Shown piece by piece: positions 1-10,843 of a DNA stretch of 64,000 bases. The DNA is from an uncultured Veillonellaceae bacterium (GTDB taxonomy: Bacteria; Bacillota; Negativicutes; JARBTT01), in NCBI GenBank assembly GCA_963805085.1, contig CAWDTA010000002.1:2016001-2080000 (forward strand), read 5' to 3'. Position numbers and translations under genes: made by a program. Position 1 is the stretch's first letter. Every line of letters begins with the position of its first letter. The notes beneath the pieces were generated by a model. The model was given only the letters and a program-made list of their open reading frames with translations, had not been told where the DNA came from and made no database searches.

Positions 1-2
1 AC

Positions 3-293
3 GCTGAAGGACGTCGCGTTTCAATGGTAGGTTTTATGGCGCCACCGCTCAAGCCTACCATAAACTTTTTTGTGCTTACGCGAGAGCCGATGTCTATTTG
101 TCCGTTCTGTTCTAGTGATGCCGATTGGCCAAGTGATATTGTGATTGTAAAGCTAAGTGAACCAGTGACATCGCTTCCGTTTGATCGACCCATTCGCGTG
201 ACAGGTCAATTGGAACTCGGAACGCAAGTCGATGGCGAGACTGGTTTTGTTAGCTTAGTGAGAATTCAAGCAGATAATTTAGAAGCACTATAA
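3..293 (+). CDS. DUF3299-like protein, 5'-partial
   Basis: The frame is open from the window edge. The GFMAP...FVL...CPFC...IRVTGQL pattern resembles DUF3299 proteins encoded next to ABC ATPase/permease pairs. Confidence 0.55.
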   Translation, partial: AEGRRVSMVGFMAPPLKPTINFFVLTREPMSICPFCSSDADWPSDIVIVKLSEPVTSLPFDRPIRVTGQLELGTQVDGETGFVSLVRIQADNLEAL

Positions 294-333
294 GTACCGT
301 AGCCATAAAAAAAGGAAGTGCGAGGGGAACTGT

Positions 334-1008
334 ATGCTAGAAATTAGAAATGTAATCAAACAAATCAATACGCCAAGCGGCGAAAGTTTGACCATTGCTA
401 AGGTGGATGAACTAAATGTTGCAGCGGGAGAACAAATGCTACTCGTGGGCCCAAGTGGTTCAGGAAAAACAACGTTACTCCATATGATTGCAGGTTTGAT
501 TGTACCCACAGGCGGTATGATTCAGTGTGATGGGGTAGTGTTGTCTGATTTATCATTAAGAGAGCGCGACCAGTGGCGAGCAAAAAATGTTGGTTATATC
601 TTTCAAAAGCTTAATTTACTTGATGGTTTAACAGTAAGCGAAAATATCGGCATTGCCGCTCGTTTTGCTGGACGAAAAGATAAAGCACAAATTCGTAAAG
701 AAACCTTGGCTTTACTTGATCTAGTCGGACTAACCGATAAAGCCAATAGTAAACCGAATCGCCTGAGTGTTGGAGAGCAGCAGCGCGTGGCGGTTGCTAG
801 AGCAGTGATTAATAAGCCAAAACTTATTTTAGCCGATGAACCAACAGCGAGTCTTGATCAAGCCAATGTATTCATTATTTTAGAATTATTAAAAAAACTA
901 TGCCACGAAAATAATAGCAAATTATTACTAAGTACACATGATCAAATGGTAATGTCGCAGTTTAAGCTTTGTTATCAAGTTAGAACCCAAGAGAAGGTGA
1001 CGGCATGA
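334..1008 (+). CDS. ABC transporter ATP-binding protein (LolD/MacB-like)
   Basis: Walker A GPSGSGKT, signature LSVGEQQR, Walker B ILADEPT, H-loop STHD. Confidence 0.93.
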   Translation: MLEIRNVIKQINTPSGESLTIAKVDELNVAAGEQMLLVGPSGSGKTTLLHMIAGLIVPTGGMIQCDGVVLSDLSLRERDQWRAKNVGYIFQKLNLLDGLTVSENIGIAARFAGRKDKAQIRKETLALLDLVGLTDKANSKPNRLSVGEQQRVAVARAVINKPKLILADEPTASLDQANVFIILELLKKLCHENNSKLLLSTHDQMVMSQFKLCYQVRTQEKVTA

Positions 1009-2222
1009 CTCATTTGCTTATCATTTGGCGGAATCTTTGTCAGAAACCTTTGCATAGTCTTTTGAGTATTGCTGTTATTGCGAGTTCGATTGCGATGACA
1101 ATTGTAGTAATGTTACTTTCATCTAGTATCCAGCAGGGGTTGATCAAAGCGGCAGAACCGTTTGATTTAATCGTTGGAGCAAAGGGAAGTCCCAACCAAT
1201 TGGTGCTAAATACTGTGTTTTTACAAGATGTACCGATTGGTAATATTGACTATGATTTGGTCGAGAAGTTAGAAAAAAATCCCTTAGTACAGTCGGCAAT
1301 TCCGATTGGCTTTGGCGATAATTATCGTGGCTTTCGTCTCATCAGTACCGAAGAACGTATTTTTGAGCATGTGATAAAAAACGGTCAACCACCTTGGCTT
1401 CAGCTCTCGCAAGGAAGAAAATTTACAGGCGCTTTTGAAGCGGTGCTTGGAGCGAAAACAGCAGTCGCAACTGGGCTAAAACTTGGCGATCAATTTACTT
1501 CTTCACATGGTGTGATTGCAGGAGGTGGGGAAGAGGAACATGTGGAGAAATTTACGGTTGTTGGGATATTGAAAGATCTAAATGGTCCTTATGATAGTGG
1601 AATTTTAGTTCCACTCGAAAGTATTTGGCATATGCATGAGCATGGCCACACGCATGCTGAGGTAACAGGACATGAGGAACATGAGAATGAAAAAAGCACA
1701 ACGGTCATTTTAGTAAAACCGAAAGGCTATGCTGAAGCGATGAAGCTATATCAACAGTTTCAAAAAAATCAAGAAGCCCAATTGATTTTTCCCGCACAAG
1801 TCGTAGTCCAATTGTTTGCAATCTTGGGCGAAGGTCAAAAAATATTGCAGATGATCGGCAATGCGGTACTAGCGATGGCAATGCTGGTAAGTGCGTTTTC
1901 TGTATATTGGTCGGCAATCAGCAGGACTAGAGAGCGGGCGATTTTACGGGCGATTGGAGCGGGAAATCGCGATATTTTAGCCATTGTCTTTGGTGAAGGG
2001 GCATTTTTAGTTGTTAGTGGTACGCTTGTTGGTGCTCTTTTAGGACATGGCATTTTTTCACTTATTGCCGATATCTTACAAAAGAAAACGGCAATCGCCA
2101 TCGTTGGTACTTTTTCTATGGTTGAACTGAATATGCTGATCGCGGTGGTTTTAGTGGGGCTGATTATTAGTATCGTCCCTGCCGTTCATACCGCAAAAAA
2201 AGATGTAGCAGATGATTTGTAA
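1005..2222 (+). CDS. FtsX/MacB-type ABC permease with His-rich loop
   Basis: N-terminal TM helix, periplasmic domain, RERAILRAIGA motif, three C-terminal TMs and a HMHEHGHTHAE..HEEHE segment. ATGA overlap with the ATPase. Confidence 0.88.
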   Translation: MTHLLIIWRNLCQKPLHSLLSIAVIASSIAMTIVVMLLSSSIQQGLIKAAEPFDLIVGAKGSPNQLVLNTVFLQDVPIGNIDYDLVEKLEKNPLVQSAIPIGFGDNYRGFRLISTEERIFEHVIKNGQPPWLQLSQGRKFTGAFEAVLGAKTAVATGLKLGDQFTSSHGVIAGGGEEEHVEKFTVVGILKDLNGPYDSGILVPLESIWHMHEHGHTHAEVTGHEEHENEKSTTVILVKPKGYAEAMKLYQQFQKNQEAQLIFPAQVVVQLFAILGEGQKILQMIGNAVLAMAMLVSAFSVYWSAISRTRERAILRAIGAGNRDILAIVFGEGAFLVVSGTLVGALLGHGIFSLIADILQKKTAIAIVGTFSMVELNMLIAVVLVGLIISIVPAVHTAKKDVADDL

Positions 2223-2240
2223 TAAATAGAGTAAAGCATA

Positions 2241-2293
2241 AAAATAGGAACGCCCAGCTTGCAGTTTAGTCATGCATGGGTGTTCCTATTTTT
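2241..2293. terminator. Bidirectional intrinsic terminator
   Basis: AAAAATAGGAACGCCCA...TGGGTGTTCCTATTTTT between convergent genes. Confidence 0.7.
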
Positions 2294-2317
2294 GCTTTTG
2301 TTTCTATGTAGTATCAT

Positions 2318-3085
2318 TTAAGCGTACATATCTGCAAGCAGACCTAACGAAGAGGAAGAAGAGGTCAGTGATGTTAAATCAGGAAATGGTACGAGGTTAC
2401 TGGTGTTATTGATCGCTAGTGTTATTTTGGAGTAGGCTTGATCAGCAAGACCAGTTGATCCGCCAAGTGCTGACGTTACGGCATCGTAATTATTGTTCAC
2501 TGCATCCGTTAATGCAGTTTGATCCACCGTCATTTGCCCAGATTTATCAACAGTAATGCCAATCGAAGACAGTACATTACTTGAATTTTTCGTACCATTA
2601 GAAAAAGAGTTCGCCAGACCAGAAAGTGCTGTAGACACATCGGAATTCTCAGTGAATAATTTCGTAGCATCGTTATAGTCATTTGCAAAAGACGTAATAC
2701 TATCTACGATATCACTGGTAGAACTTTTAGAACTGTTGAGTGTTTCGGCGAGCTTCGACGAGGAAGATTTTAAACTGGTCGCGGCTGAAGCAAAAGAAGA
2801 ATAGAAGTCATTAGAAGTCTTTGTATATTCTTTCATCGTCGCTAAAATAGCTGTTTGGTTTGAGGAACTGTCAGAAAAAATGCTTTTCCACAAAGAGCTG
2901 TCGCTAGTTGAAGAAAGCGAATCAAGAAGATAACTGTTTGGAGAGCTTGAGGAACTGGAGCCGAATAAATAACTGTTGGAGTTGGAAGCTGAAGTATCGG
3001 CAGATTTAAAGATACTATTCGATTTGCTCGTTGCATACTTCAAATAAGACACACTGCTTTGTGAAGTTACCGAATTAACATTCAT
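2318..3085 (-). CDS. Ser-rich protein with FliD (flagellar cap) C-terminal-like region
   Basis: SFANDYN and LSSIGITVDKSGQMTVD..L motifs resemble the FliD C-terminal domain. SD AAGGAGG precedes the ATG at 3085. Confidence 0.55.
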   Translation of the reverse strand: MNVNSVTSQSSVSYLKYATSKSNSIFKSADTSASNSNSYLFGSSSSSSPNSYLLDSLSSTSDSSLWKSIFSDSSSNQTAILATMKEYTKTSNDFYSSFASAATSLKSSSSKLAETLNSSKSSTSDIVDSITSFANDYNDATKLFTENSDVSTALSGLANSFSNGTKNSSNVLSSIGITVDKSGQMTVDQTALTDAVNNNYDAVTSALGGSTGLADQAYSKITLAINNTSNLVPFPDLTSLTSSSSSLGLLADMYA

Positions 3086-3434
3086 GAAAATCACCTCCTT
3101 TAGGATAGATTCTTGCCTAATATATCGTCATTTTTTACTTATTACTTAAATTTAAATGATGTCAATGCGTGGTGATTACATCCATAAATTCACCTTTATT
3201 ACTAAAATTTTTGATAAAATAATCCATTTATATTTTTTATATAGCATGATTTCGACAAAATAGCAAGAGTGATTGTCTGAAAAGATGATGTATGAATGCT
3301 GTTATAACTATTTATAAAAATAGAAGAGGCATATTTATCAGGCGTTGATAAGAAAAAGTTGACATAATTTTTTCGGGAAAATTGTCATTAATTCGTTTAT
3401 GGTTATGTTATAATTATAGTAATTATGAATTATT

Positions 3435-5312
3435 TTGCTTCAGAGAGAGTGGTGCATCGTAGTGAAAAATTTCAAGCAGTTTGATGTAGAAAGCTACCGC
3501 ATTTTAGCTGAATTAAGTGAAGCAATCACGTTTGAATGGGATGTTCAAATAGATAAATTTTATGTTTCATCGCAGTGGAAACTTAAATTTGATTATGAAC
3601 CAAGCTATGATCACTTTAGCCAAAATATTCGTCAGGCATTAAGGATACACCCGACGGATAGAAGAACAATTGTTCGATATGTTAATCAGGTGAAAAAGAA
3701 TATAGAAGGTTTTTTGCAATTAAACAATTATGCAGAATTTGAAGTACGACTTCTACATAATAAACAAGAATATATTTGGTGTAAAATTCGCTTAGTACTA
3801 AGATGTGGTGATGCTAATCAACCTGAGCGAGTATTTGGGATGATTACGGATATTGATGCGGAAAAGAAAGAACATCAAAAATTGCTTTGTCAGGCACAAA
3901 AGGATGTGTTGACCGGATTATATAATAAAGCTACAACGAATCAGCTGATTGAGGAATATATAGCAGAGGTCACTATGCCAAATAAGAAGCAGGCTTTATT
4001 TATTATAGATATTGATGGTTTTAAAGATGTAAATGATCATTTGGGACATTTGTTTGGCGATGCGGTGATCGCTGATTTAGCACATAGTATTAGTAGAACT
4101 TTTCGTGATTCCGATATTGTAGGTAGAATTGGTGGTGACGAATTTATTGTTCTACTAAAAAATATACCTCAAATGGATATTATTTTCTTAAAGGTGCAAG
4201 AACTTCTTAAGAGCCTAAAACGGTCTTATGATAGTAACGATAAAACTTATGAGGTATCTGCCAGTATTGGTATAGCACTATATCCTGACCACGGTGATAC
4301 CTTTGCTACCTTGTTTCAGAAAGCGGATCAGGCTTTGTATTATGTAAAAGAACATGGTAAAAATAATTTTTATTTTTATTATGAGGAAATGCCGCAAGTT
4401 CAATATGAGAATAAAAGAAGGACCGCGAGTGCTGATGAAAGCAATGTCCCAATATCAAAATCATTTCATGAGAATGTCATTGAGTATATTTTTAAAATAC
4501 TATATCGAAGTAAAGATGCAAATACAGCAATTCATTTAATTTTAGAAGTGATTGGCTTGAAGTATAATGTAAGCAGAGCGGTTATTCATGAAAAAACAGA
4601 GGACTCTTTATATTCTAATACGTTTGAATGGTGTAATAAGTCAGTACCCTCAATTCAAGCGGAGCAGCAAGGAATATCAGCAGAATTTGTTGAAAGAGTT
4701 CATCCGTATTTTGATAAAAATGGTGTGTTTAGTTGTGCAAATATTAATCTTTTATCTGATGAACTGAAGATATACTTTAAAGATAGTCCAGTCAAATCAT
4801 TACTGTATTGTCACATGATTGATGGAGGAATGGTTAGAGGGGTTATCGGTTTTGAATATTATAAGCATCCTCGCATCTGGGCTAATGCTGAAATCGAGGT
4901 ACTATCTTTTACTGCGGAGATTTTAAGTACATTCTTACTTAAAAAGCGTGCGATAGACAAATTAAAACTTTCGCATGTGCATGCGCTTGAAATTATGGAT
5001 CATATTGATTCTTTTATCTATGTCATTGATAAAAATACCCATGAAGTGCTTTTTTTAAATAAGAAAGCAATTGAGTTTTTTGGTAGTCATCATATGGGCG
5101 GATTATGCTATGAATTCATCAGTTGTGAAGATGGTCCGTGTTCGTATTGCCCGATGCTTCAAATTACAGAATCAATTGAGCAGGTGAATAAGGAAGTTTA
5201 TTTACCGAAGCGAAAGCTGTGGATCAAGGCAGCTGTTTCAACAATTCAGTGGAATGATGATCGGGAAGTTTGCTTACTCCATTGCCATGATATTACAGAA
5301 TATAAAAAATAG
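3435..5312 (+). CDS. Sensor diguanylate cyclase (PAS-GGDEF-GAF-PAS-like)
   Basis: DVLTGLYN, IDIDGFKDVNDHLGHLFGD and RIGGDEF motifs, with an RxxD I-site (RDSD). Confidence 0.9.
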   Translation: MLQREWCIVVKNFKQFDVESYRILAELSEAITFEWDVQIDKFYVSSQWKLKFDYEPSYDHFSQNIRQALRIHPTDRRTIVRYVNQVKKNIEGFLQLNNYAEFEVRLLHNKQEYIWCKIRLVLRCGDANQPERVFGMITDIDAEKKEHQKLLCQAQKDVLTGLYNKATTNQLIEEYIAEVTMPNKKQALFIIDIDGFKDVNDHLGHLFGDAVIADLAHSISRTFRDSDIVGRIGGDEFIVLLKNIPQMDIIFLKVQELLKSLKRSYDSNDKTYEVSASIGIALYPDHGDTFATLFQKADQALYYVKEHGKNNFYFYYEEMPQVQYENKRRTASADESNVPISKSFHENVIEYIFKILYRSKDANTAIHLILEVIGLKYNVSRAVIHEKTEDSLYSNTFEWCNKSVPSIQAEQQGISAEFVERVHPYFDKNGVFSCANINLLSDELKIYFKDSPVKSLLYCHMIDGGMVRGVIGFEYYKHPRIWANAEIEVLSFTAEILSTFLLKKRAIDKLKLSHVHALEIMDHIDSFIYVIDKNTHEVLFLNKKAIEFFGSHHMGGLCYEFISCEDGPCSYCPMLQITESIEQVNKEVYLPKRKLWIKAAVSTIQWNDDREVCLLHCHDITEYKK

Positions 5313-5579
5313 CTGAAAAAATGAAGGACTGCTTTTATGCAGCATTTCATTTTTTAGGTAAAGTAGCTAGGAACTCTGTGGAGATGAGCGGAGATAAGAG
5401 GAACTCTGTGGCTATCTACTTTAACGGCAGATTGGCAGGAATAGGCAGGAATAGGATGATTTTGGGCGGTTCGCCAGTGCCGTAGGATCAATGATATAAT
5501 AGATTTGTAAAGCAACGAGGCTTTACAAATAAAAACAACGCAAGATCAAGTTGTTTATATAGGTAAGGGGTTAGATATT

Positions 5580-5930
5580 ATGCTACAGTGGTGTGCGTTA
5601 TTTTTAGCAATCATTACTGAAGTAACTGGCACGACGATGATGAAGATTGTCGGGCAAAATGAATCCATTGGTGGATATCTGTTATTACTTATGATGGTTG
5701 GGTTATCCTATTTTTTATTATCGAAAGCAATTGTGAAGATCCCACTTAGTGTTGCGTATGCAACCTGGGAAGGTATGGGGCTCATTGTCATGACAGGTAT
5801 CGGTTATATTTTGTTTCAAGAAGTTTTGTCGGTTTCGAAAATTTTGGGGGTTAGTTTTATTCTATTAGGAATGATCCTATTAAAGAAAGGCATGGTTAAT
5901 GCTAAAACAGCGGGTGATAAAAATGAGTGA
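5580..5930 (+). CDS. mdtJ: SMR-family exporter subunit, MdtJ-like
   Basis: Four TMs, conserved TM1 Glu (IITEVTGT), LSVAYATWEGMG. Confidence 0.7.
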   Translation: MLQWCALFLAIITEVTGTTMMKIVGQNESIGGYLLLLMMVGLSYFLLSKAIVKIPLSVAYATWEGMGLIVMTGIGYILFQEVLSVSKILGVSFILLGMILLKKGMVNAKTAGDKNE

Positions 5931-6243
5931 TGGTATTTTATTTTTATCAGTATCGATTGTATTAGATGTTATCGCCAATATATTTTTAAAAAAATCGGAT
6001 GGTTTTAAAAATAAAAGTTGGGGCTTTGGTGCGGTAATCTTGATTATTATTGCATTTGCCACATTATCTCAAGCAGTAAAAACGATGGATTTGAGTGTAG
6101 CCTACGCGCTATGGGGAGCAAGTGGTTTACTGCTTACCACAGGTTTAGATGTTGCGTTTTATGGCGTTAAATTAAAAAGCATGGCGCTCGTTGGTATCGT
6201 TTGTATGATGACAGGTATCGTACTCATTCAAAGTTTTGCCTAA
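5923..6243 (+). CDS. mdtI: SMR-family exporter subunit, MdtI-like
   Basis: ANIFLKKSDGF and LSQAVKTMDLSVAYALWG closely resemble MdtI. Overlaps its partner gene. Confidence 0.7.
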   Translation: MSDGILFLSVSIVLDVIANIFLKKSDGFKNKSWGFGAVILIIIAFATLSQAVKTMDLSVAYALWGASGLLLTTGLDVAFYGVKLKSMALVGIVCMMTGIVLIQSFA

Positions 6244-6374
6244 GTAAAAATTCGTATTTTAGATATGCTGGATAGGCTTAGGTTATGGTTATCATCATAG
6301 CAATAAATTTCATAAAGTTGTGATTGCTAAAAGCTTGCAGAAATATGTTTTTCTGCAAGCTTTTATTTTTATAC

Positions 6375-6455
6375 AAAACATATTGACAAAGTATGCTTAA
6401 TAGGTTATTCTTTAAAACATAAGATTTATAAAAACATATATGATAAGTATGTTTT
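6375..6455 (+). promoter_or_regulatory. Sigma-A promoter with two AAAACATA-N9-TATG operator-like palindromes
   Basis: TTGACA (6383)-17 bp-TATTCT (6406). Palindromes at 6375-6399 and 6431-6455 have identical spacing. Confidence 0.6.
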
Positions 6456-6469
6456 AGGAGGCGAATATC

Positions 6470-7678
6470 ATGTCACATTCTAAGGAGCATTTTCATGAAC
6501 AAGAAATAGATTTTGATCAAGAACATGATTTTGATGGTTTAATTTCAAATAAATGGAATTTTAGAAAGGAACGGGTTGGACGTGATGACGTGATTGCTAT
6601 GTGGGTCGCGGATATGGATTTTGAAACTTCACCAGCAATTCAAAAAGCAATTGTTAAAAGGGCCAAGCGCGGTATTTATGGCTATGCTGCCGTCACAGAA
6701 GAGTACACCAATGCGGTAATTGGGTGGTTCCAAAAGCGTCATCAATGGACGATTGCACCAGAATCTATTAGACAAACCCCGGGTGTGATCACAGCGATTC
6801 ATCTTGGTATTCAAGCATTATCAGAACTGAATGATTTTATTTTGATTCAGACACCAGTATATCATCCTTTTTTTCGCGTGATTAAACAGACTAAGCGTCA
6901 AGTATTGGAAAATCCGTTTATTCGGACGGAAAAAGGCTATGAAATAGATTTTGAGGATTTTAAGCAAAAGATTATTGAGTATAAGCCAAAAGTATTTATT
7001 CTTTGCAATCCGCATAATCCAATTGGCAAGGTTTATCGTAAGGAAGAGCTGATCAAGCTGGGAGAAATTTGCCTGCAGTATGATGTAAAAATGATCGTGG
7101 ATGAAATCCATTGTGATCTTGTATATTCTGCCGCAAAGCACATTCCATTTGGGACACTTGGTGATGCGTTTGCAAGGAATGCAATCATCTGTACAGCACC
7201 AAGTAAATCCTTTAATTTAGCTGGCATCAGAAATTCCAATATTATTATTCCTGATGAAGACCTGCGCGCGAAATTCCAAGCGGTTTATGATTTTGTTGGT
7301 ATTCCAAGACCTAGTTTATTTCCGCTGGTTGCAACACAGGCAGCCTATGAAAAAGGGGAAGAATGGTTTGAACAAGTGATTGCGTATATCCAGCAGAATC
7401 GCGATTATGCAATCGAACGTATCGAAAAGAATTTGTCGAAATTAAAAGTAAATCATCCCGAAGGTACATATTTCTTATGGGTAGATTTCAGTAATTATGG
7501 CTTAACCAAAGAAGAGCTAGAGATGTTCTTAATCGACAAAGCTGGAGTCTGGTTTAATCAAGGCTATATTTTTGGATCACAAGGGATAGGCTTTGTCAGA
7601 ATCAACATCGCTTGCCCACGTAAGACGTTAAAAAGAGCATTAAAACAACTTGAAGATGCATTAAATGATTTGAAGTAA
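6470..7678 (+). CDS. MalY/PatB-family PLP-dependent C-S lyase
   Basis: MWVADMDF, LCNPHNPIG, DEIHCD and SKSFNLAG (PLP lysine). Confidence 0.9.
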   Translation: MSHSKEHFHEQEIDFDQEHDFDGLISNKWNFRKERVGRDDVIAMWVADMDFETSPAIQKAIVKRAKRGIYGYAAVTEEYTNAVIGWFQKRHQWTIAPESIRQTPGVITAIHLGIQALSELNDFILIQTPVYHPFFRVIKQTKRQVLENPFIRTEKGYEIDFEDFKQKIIEYKPKVFILCNPHNPIGKVYRKEELIKLGEICLQYDVKMIVDEIHCDLVYSAAKHIPFGTLGDAFARNAIICTAPSKSFNLAGIRNSNIIIPDEDLRAKFQAVYDFVGIPRPSLFPLVATQAAYEKGEEWFEQVIAYIQQNRDYAIERIEKNLSKLKVNHPEGTYFLWVDFSNYGLTKEELEMFLIDKAGVWFNQGYIFGSQGIGFVRINIACPRKTLKRALKQLEDALNDLK

Positions 7679-7685
7679 GAGGAGA

Positions 7686-8546
7686 ATGAAAGATATGAAT
7701 TTATTGACGGACAGAAAAAAATACGGGAGTTTATTTTTAGCGTTTTTATTGATCATGGGGCTAGCGATTACTACCGGTTGTGGTTTAGGCGAGAATAATA
7801 AACCAGAAGCTAAAAAAGATACAAAAGAAGTAAAAACCTATCAAGTCGCAACGCGAGGAACGTTTAGACCTTTTACTTATATGGATGAAAAAGATCAGTT
7901 AACTGGTTATGATATAGAACTTTTACGCGAAGTTGAAAAAAGAAATCCTGATATTAAATTTGAATTTAAAACGATGAGTGTAGATGCGGGTTTTTTAGGC
8001 TTGGAGTCTGGTCAAGTTGACATTGTTGCCAATCAAATCGTTGCAAATCCAAAGAGAGCTGATAAGAGTATTTTTACAAAAGAAGTTAACAATTACACAA
8101 GCCGTAAACTTGCTGTAAAAGGTGATAGAACTGATATCACTACGATTGATGATTTACGTGGTAAGAAAGTTGCTGTTACTAGTAGTAGTGAAGTGACGCG
8201 TCAACTGCAAAAATATAATGAGACCGCAGAGCCTAAAATAGAATTGGTCTATACGGACAAAGGGACTACAGAAACCTTGAATTTAGTAACGACTGGACGT
8301 GTGGATGCATCGCCGACGTATGAAGTAGCTATTGATGAAGCAAAAAATACACTTGGGCTTGATGTAAAGGCTGTTGGTCCTACCATCGCTAGTGATGCTA
8401 CCTGCTATGCTTTACGTAAAAACGAAAGTTCGCAAGCCTTAGCAGATAGGATTGATGCGACAATCAAAGAAATGCGTGCGGATGGCAGCTTGAAAAAATT
8501 ATCTGAAAAATTCTTAGGCAAGGATTATACTGTTCCACAAATGTAG
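7686..8546 (+). CDS. Polar amino-acid ABC substrate-binding lipoprotein (cystine-type)
   Basis: Lipobox TTGC, GTFRPFTY..GYDIEL, DLRGKKVAV. Confidence 0.88.
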   Translation: MKDMNLLTDRKKYGSLFLAFLLIMGLAITTGCGLGENNKPEAKKDTKEVKTYQVATRGTFRPFTYMDEKDQLTGYDIELLREVEKRNPDIKFEFKTMSVDAGFLGLESGQVDIVANQIVANPKRADKSIFTKEVNNYTSRKLAVKGDRTDITTIDDLRGKKVAVTSSSEVTRQLQKYNETAEPKIELVYTDKGTTETLNLVTTGRVDASPTYEVAIDEAKNTLGLDVKAVGPTIASDATCYALRKNESSQALADRIDATIKEMRADGSLKKLSEKFLGKDYTVPQM

Positions 8547-8603
8547 GAAAAGCAGAAGTTTATAAGACAATCTGGGAGCATGAACTAGAAAGAGGTGTGA
8601 AGC

Positions 8604-9302
8604 GTGGGCAGTTATTTTAGTGTTGATTATATGATCAAAGCTTTTCCGACGTTGTTATCCTATATTGATGTTACAATTATAGTCACAATCGTAGCGGAAC
8701 TATTTGGGATCGTGATTGGTTGCGTCGTTGCTTTCCTTCGCATTCATAAAGTGAAGGTATTGAATCAGGTGTGCCTTTTATACCTTTCGTTTATTCGCGG
8801 TACACCATTTTTGGTTCAGTTATACTTAGTATGCTTTGGTTTGCCTCAATTATTACACGGTTTGGGATATCAAGATATCCGTTCAATACCGGGACTGTTA
8901 TTTGTCTTTCTTATCATGTCGATCCATACTGGTGCTTATATTGCTGAAATTATGCGTAGCAGTATTTTAGCAGTCGATAAAGGGCAATTGGAGGCAGCGC
9001 ATTCCATTGGCATGAGTACGTATCAAGCGTATATTCGAATTATCTTGCCGCAAGCGTTTCAATTGGCAATTCCGGCGCTCGGCAATAATGTGATTTCAAC
9101 GTTAAAGGGAACGTCCCTGATTTTTAACGTTGGTGTTGTCGATATGCTGAGAAAAGCTGATTTAATGGGCTCTTATAGCTATCGTCATTTAGAGTTATAT
9201 GTAGATATCGCTATTATTTATGTGCTCTTGTGTTTTGTGATACAAGTAGCGACATATTTCTTGGAACGTCGCAGCACACTAAGTAAAGAATTGGCTTCGT
9301 GA
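8604..9302 (+). CDS. Amino-acid ABC permease
   Basis: RGTPFLVQL and EAA loop GQLEAAHSIGM. Confidence 0.9.
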   Translation: MGSYFSVDYMIKAFPTLLSYIDVTIIVTIVAELFGIVIGCVVAFLRIHKVKVLNQVCLLYLSFIRGTPFLVQLYLVCFGLPQLLHGLGYQDIRSIPGLLFVFLIMSIHTGAYIAEIMRSSILAVDKGQLEAAHSIGMSTYQAYIRIILPQAFQLAIPALGNNVISTLKGTSLIFNVGVVDMLRKADLMGSYSYRHLELYVDIAIIYVLLCFVIQVATYFLERRSTLSKELAS

Positions 9303-9339
9303 TTTAGTTGATTAGAAAGAAGAAAGAGGATAATCAATT

Positions 9340-10056
9340 ATGAATAGTATTATTGATCCCTATTTTTTGATGGAGATATTTTGGAAATTGGTAGGCTATA
9401 TCCCAATGACCTTAGGATTAGCGATTACGAGTATGGTTCTTGCCAGCGTATTAGGACTTTTTATGCTGATCATTCGGATGAAGAAGATTCCTGTTTTAAG
9501 TAAATTGGCTGATCTATATGTTTTGTTAGGTAGGGCGTTGCCGACGATGATTATCCTATATATCGTATTTTTCGCTTTACCGATCGCTCTAATGATTTTC
9601 GCTGAAAAGACTGGACAAAAGATCGAAATTAATCAAGTTCCTGCAGTCGTGTTTGCCGTTATTGGTTTGACGATTCACACAGGGGCATACTTAACTGAGG
9701 TTTTTCGCGCTGCGGTGCAATCAGTAGAAAAGGGCCAAATGGAAGCAGCGTATTCTATTGGTATGACTTGGTGGCAAGGTTTTTATCGTATTATCTTTAG
9801 GCAGGCAGCTGTTTTTGCGATGCCATTGATGGCAAATCAATTTCTTAATTTAATCAAAAATACATCCATTGCTTTTATGATTACCGTAATGGAATTATTT
9901 GGGGCGGCTAATGTGATTTGTGCGGACAACAACCGTTATTTAGAAGTTTATATCGTTGTGGCGTTCATTTATTGGGGGATGAGTATTCTTTTTGAAAAAT
10001 TATTCCTAGTAGTTGAGCATAAACTCGCGGTGTTTCAGAAAGGAAGCAACTCATGA
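9340..10056 (+). CDS. Amino-acid ABC permease
   Basis: EAA loop [17 protein letters not shown]. Confidence 0.9.
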   Translation: MNSIIDPYFLMEIFWKLVGYIPMTLGLAITSMVLASVLGLFMLIIRMKKIPVLSKLADLYVLLGRALPTMIILYIVFFALPIALMIFAEKTGQKIEINQVPAVVFAVIGLTIHTGAYLTEVFRAAVQSVEKGQMEAAYSIGMTWWQGFYRIIFRQAAVFAMPLMANQFLNLIKNTSIAFMITVMELFGAANVICADNNRYLEVYIVVAFIYWGMSILFEKLFLVVEHKLAVFQKGSNS

Positions 10057-10808
10057 TTACATTTAAAAATATCCATAAATCTTTTGGTACCAATGAAGTG
10101 CTAAAAGGGATCAATGCTAGCGTACCCACAGGCTCGGTGACTGTAATCTTAGGACCAAGCGGCTCGGGAAAGACGACGCTTTTACGGTCCATTAATTTTC
10201 TGGAAAAGGCCGACCGTGGCGAAATTATTTTAGATGATTTGCACATTGATGTGGAAAAGGTAACCAAACAAGAAATTCACGAGATTCGTCAACGGACAGC
10301 AATGGTTTTCCAGTCTTATAATTTATTTAAAAATAAGACAGCACTTGAAAATATCATGGAGGGGTTAACCGTTGTCAAGAAGATGTCAAAAGCTGTAGCG
10401 AAGGAGAAAGCCTTGGTTTTCTTAGAAAAAGTGGGGCTGGGGAGTAAAGGCGATTTTTATTCACACCAATTATCTGGCGGTCAACAACAACGTGTAGGAA
10501 TTGCTAGAGCTTTGGCACTTAATCCTGAGGTGATTTTATTTGATGAGCCAACTTCAGCTCTTGATCCCGAACTCGTGGGTGAAGTGCTGGAAGTTATGAA
10601 AAAAATAGCGCAAGAGGTCAATTGTACGATGGTCGTAGTTACGCACGAAATTGGTTTTGCCCGCGAAGTAGCCGATCATGTCATTTTTATGGATGGTGGC
10701 GTCATCGTCGAAGAGGGGGCACCACAAAAAATTCTCGTGTCACCAGAAAATGAGCGCACAAAGCAATTCTTGGCGCGTTATGTGTCATTTACGGAATATA
10801 ATATTTAA
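10053..10808 (+). CDS. Amino-acid ABC ATP-binding protein
   Basis: [27 protein letters not shown]. Confidence 0.93.
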   Translation: MITFKNIHKSFGTNEVLKGINASVPTGSVTVILGPSGSGKTTLLRSINFLEKADRGEIILDDLHIDVEKVTKQEIHEIRQRTAMVFQSYNLFKNKTALENIMEGLTVVKKMSKAVAKEKALVFLEKVGLGSKGDFYSHQLSGGQQQRVGIARALALNPEVILFDEPTSALDPELVGEVLEVMKKIAQEVNCTMVVVTHEIGFAREVADHVIFMDGGVIVEEGAPQKILVSPENERTKQFLARYVSFTEYNI

Positions 10809-10843
10809 TGAAAAAATAGCAAGGATAGTTGGAGGAAGAAAAA

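Noticed and set aside
5369-5455. Short direct repeats AGGAACTCTGTGG x2 and GGCAGGAATA x2
   Set aside because: Too few and too short to assign a function.
5503-5557. Guanidine-II riboswitch upstream of the SMR pair
   Set aside because: Two hairpins exist, but the loops (AACGAG, GCAAGATCAA) are not twin ACGR tetraloops, and the proteins look MdtJI-like.
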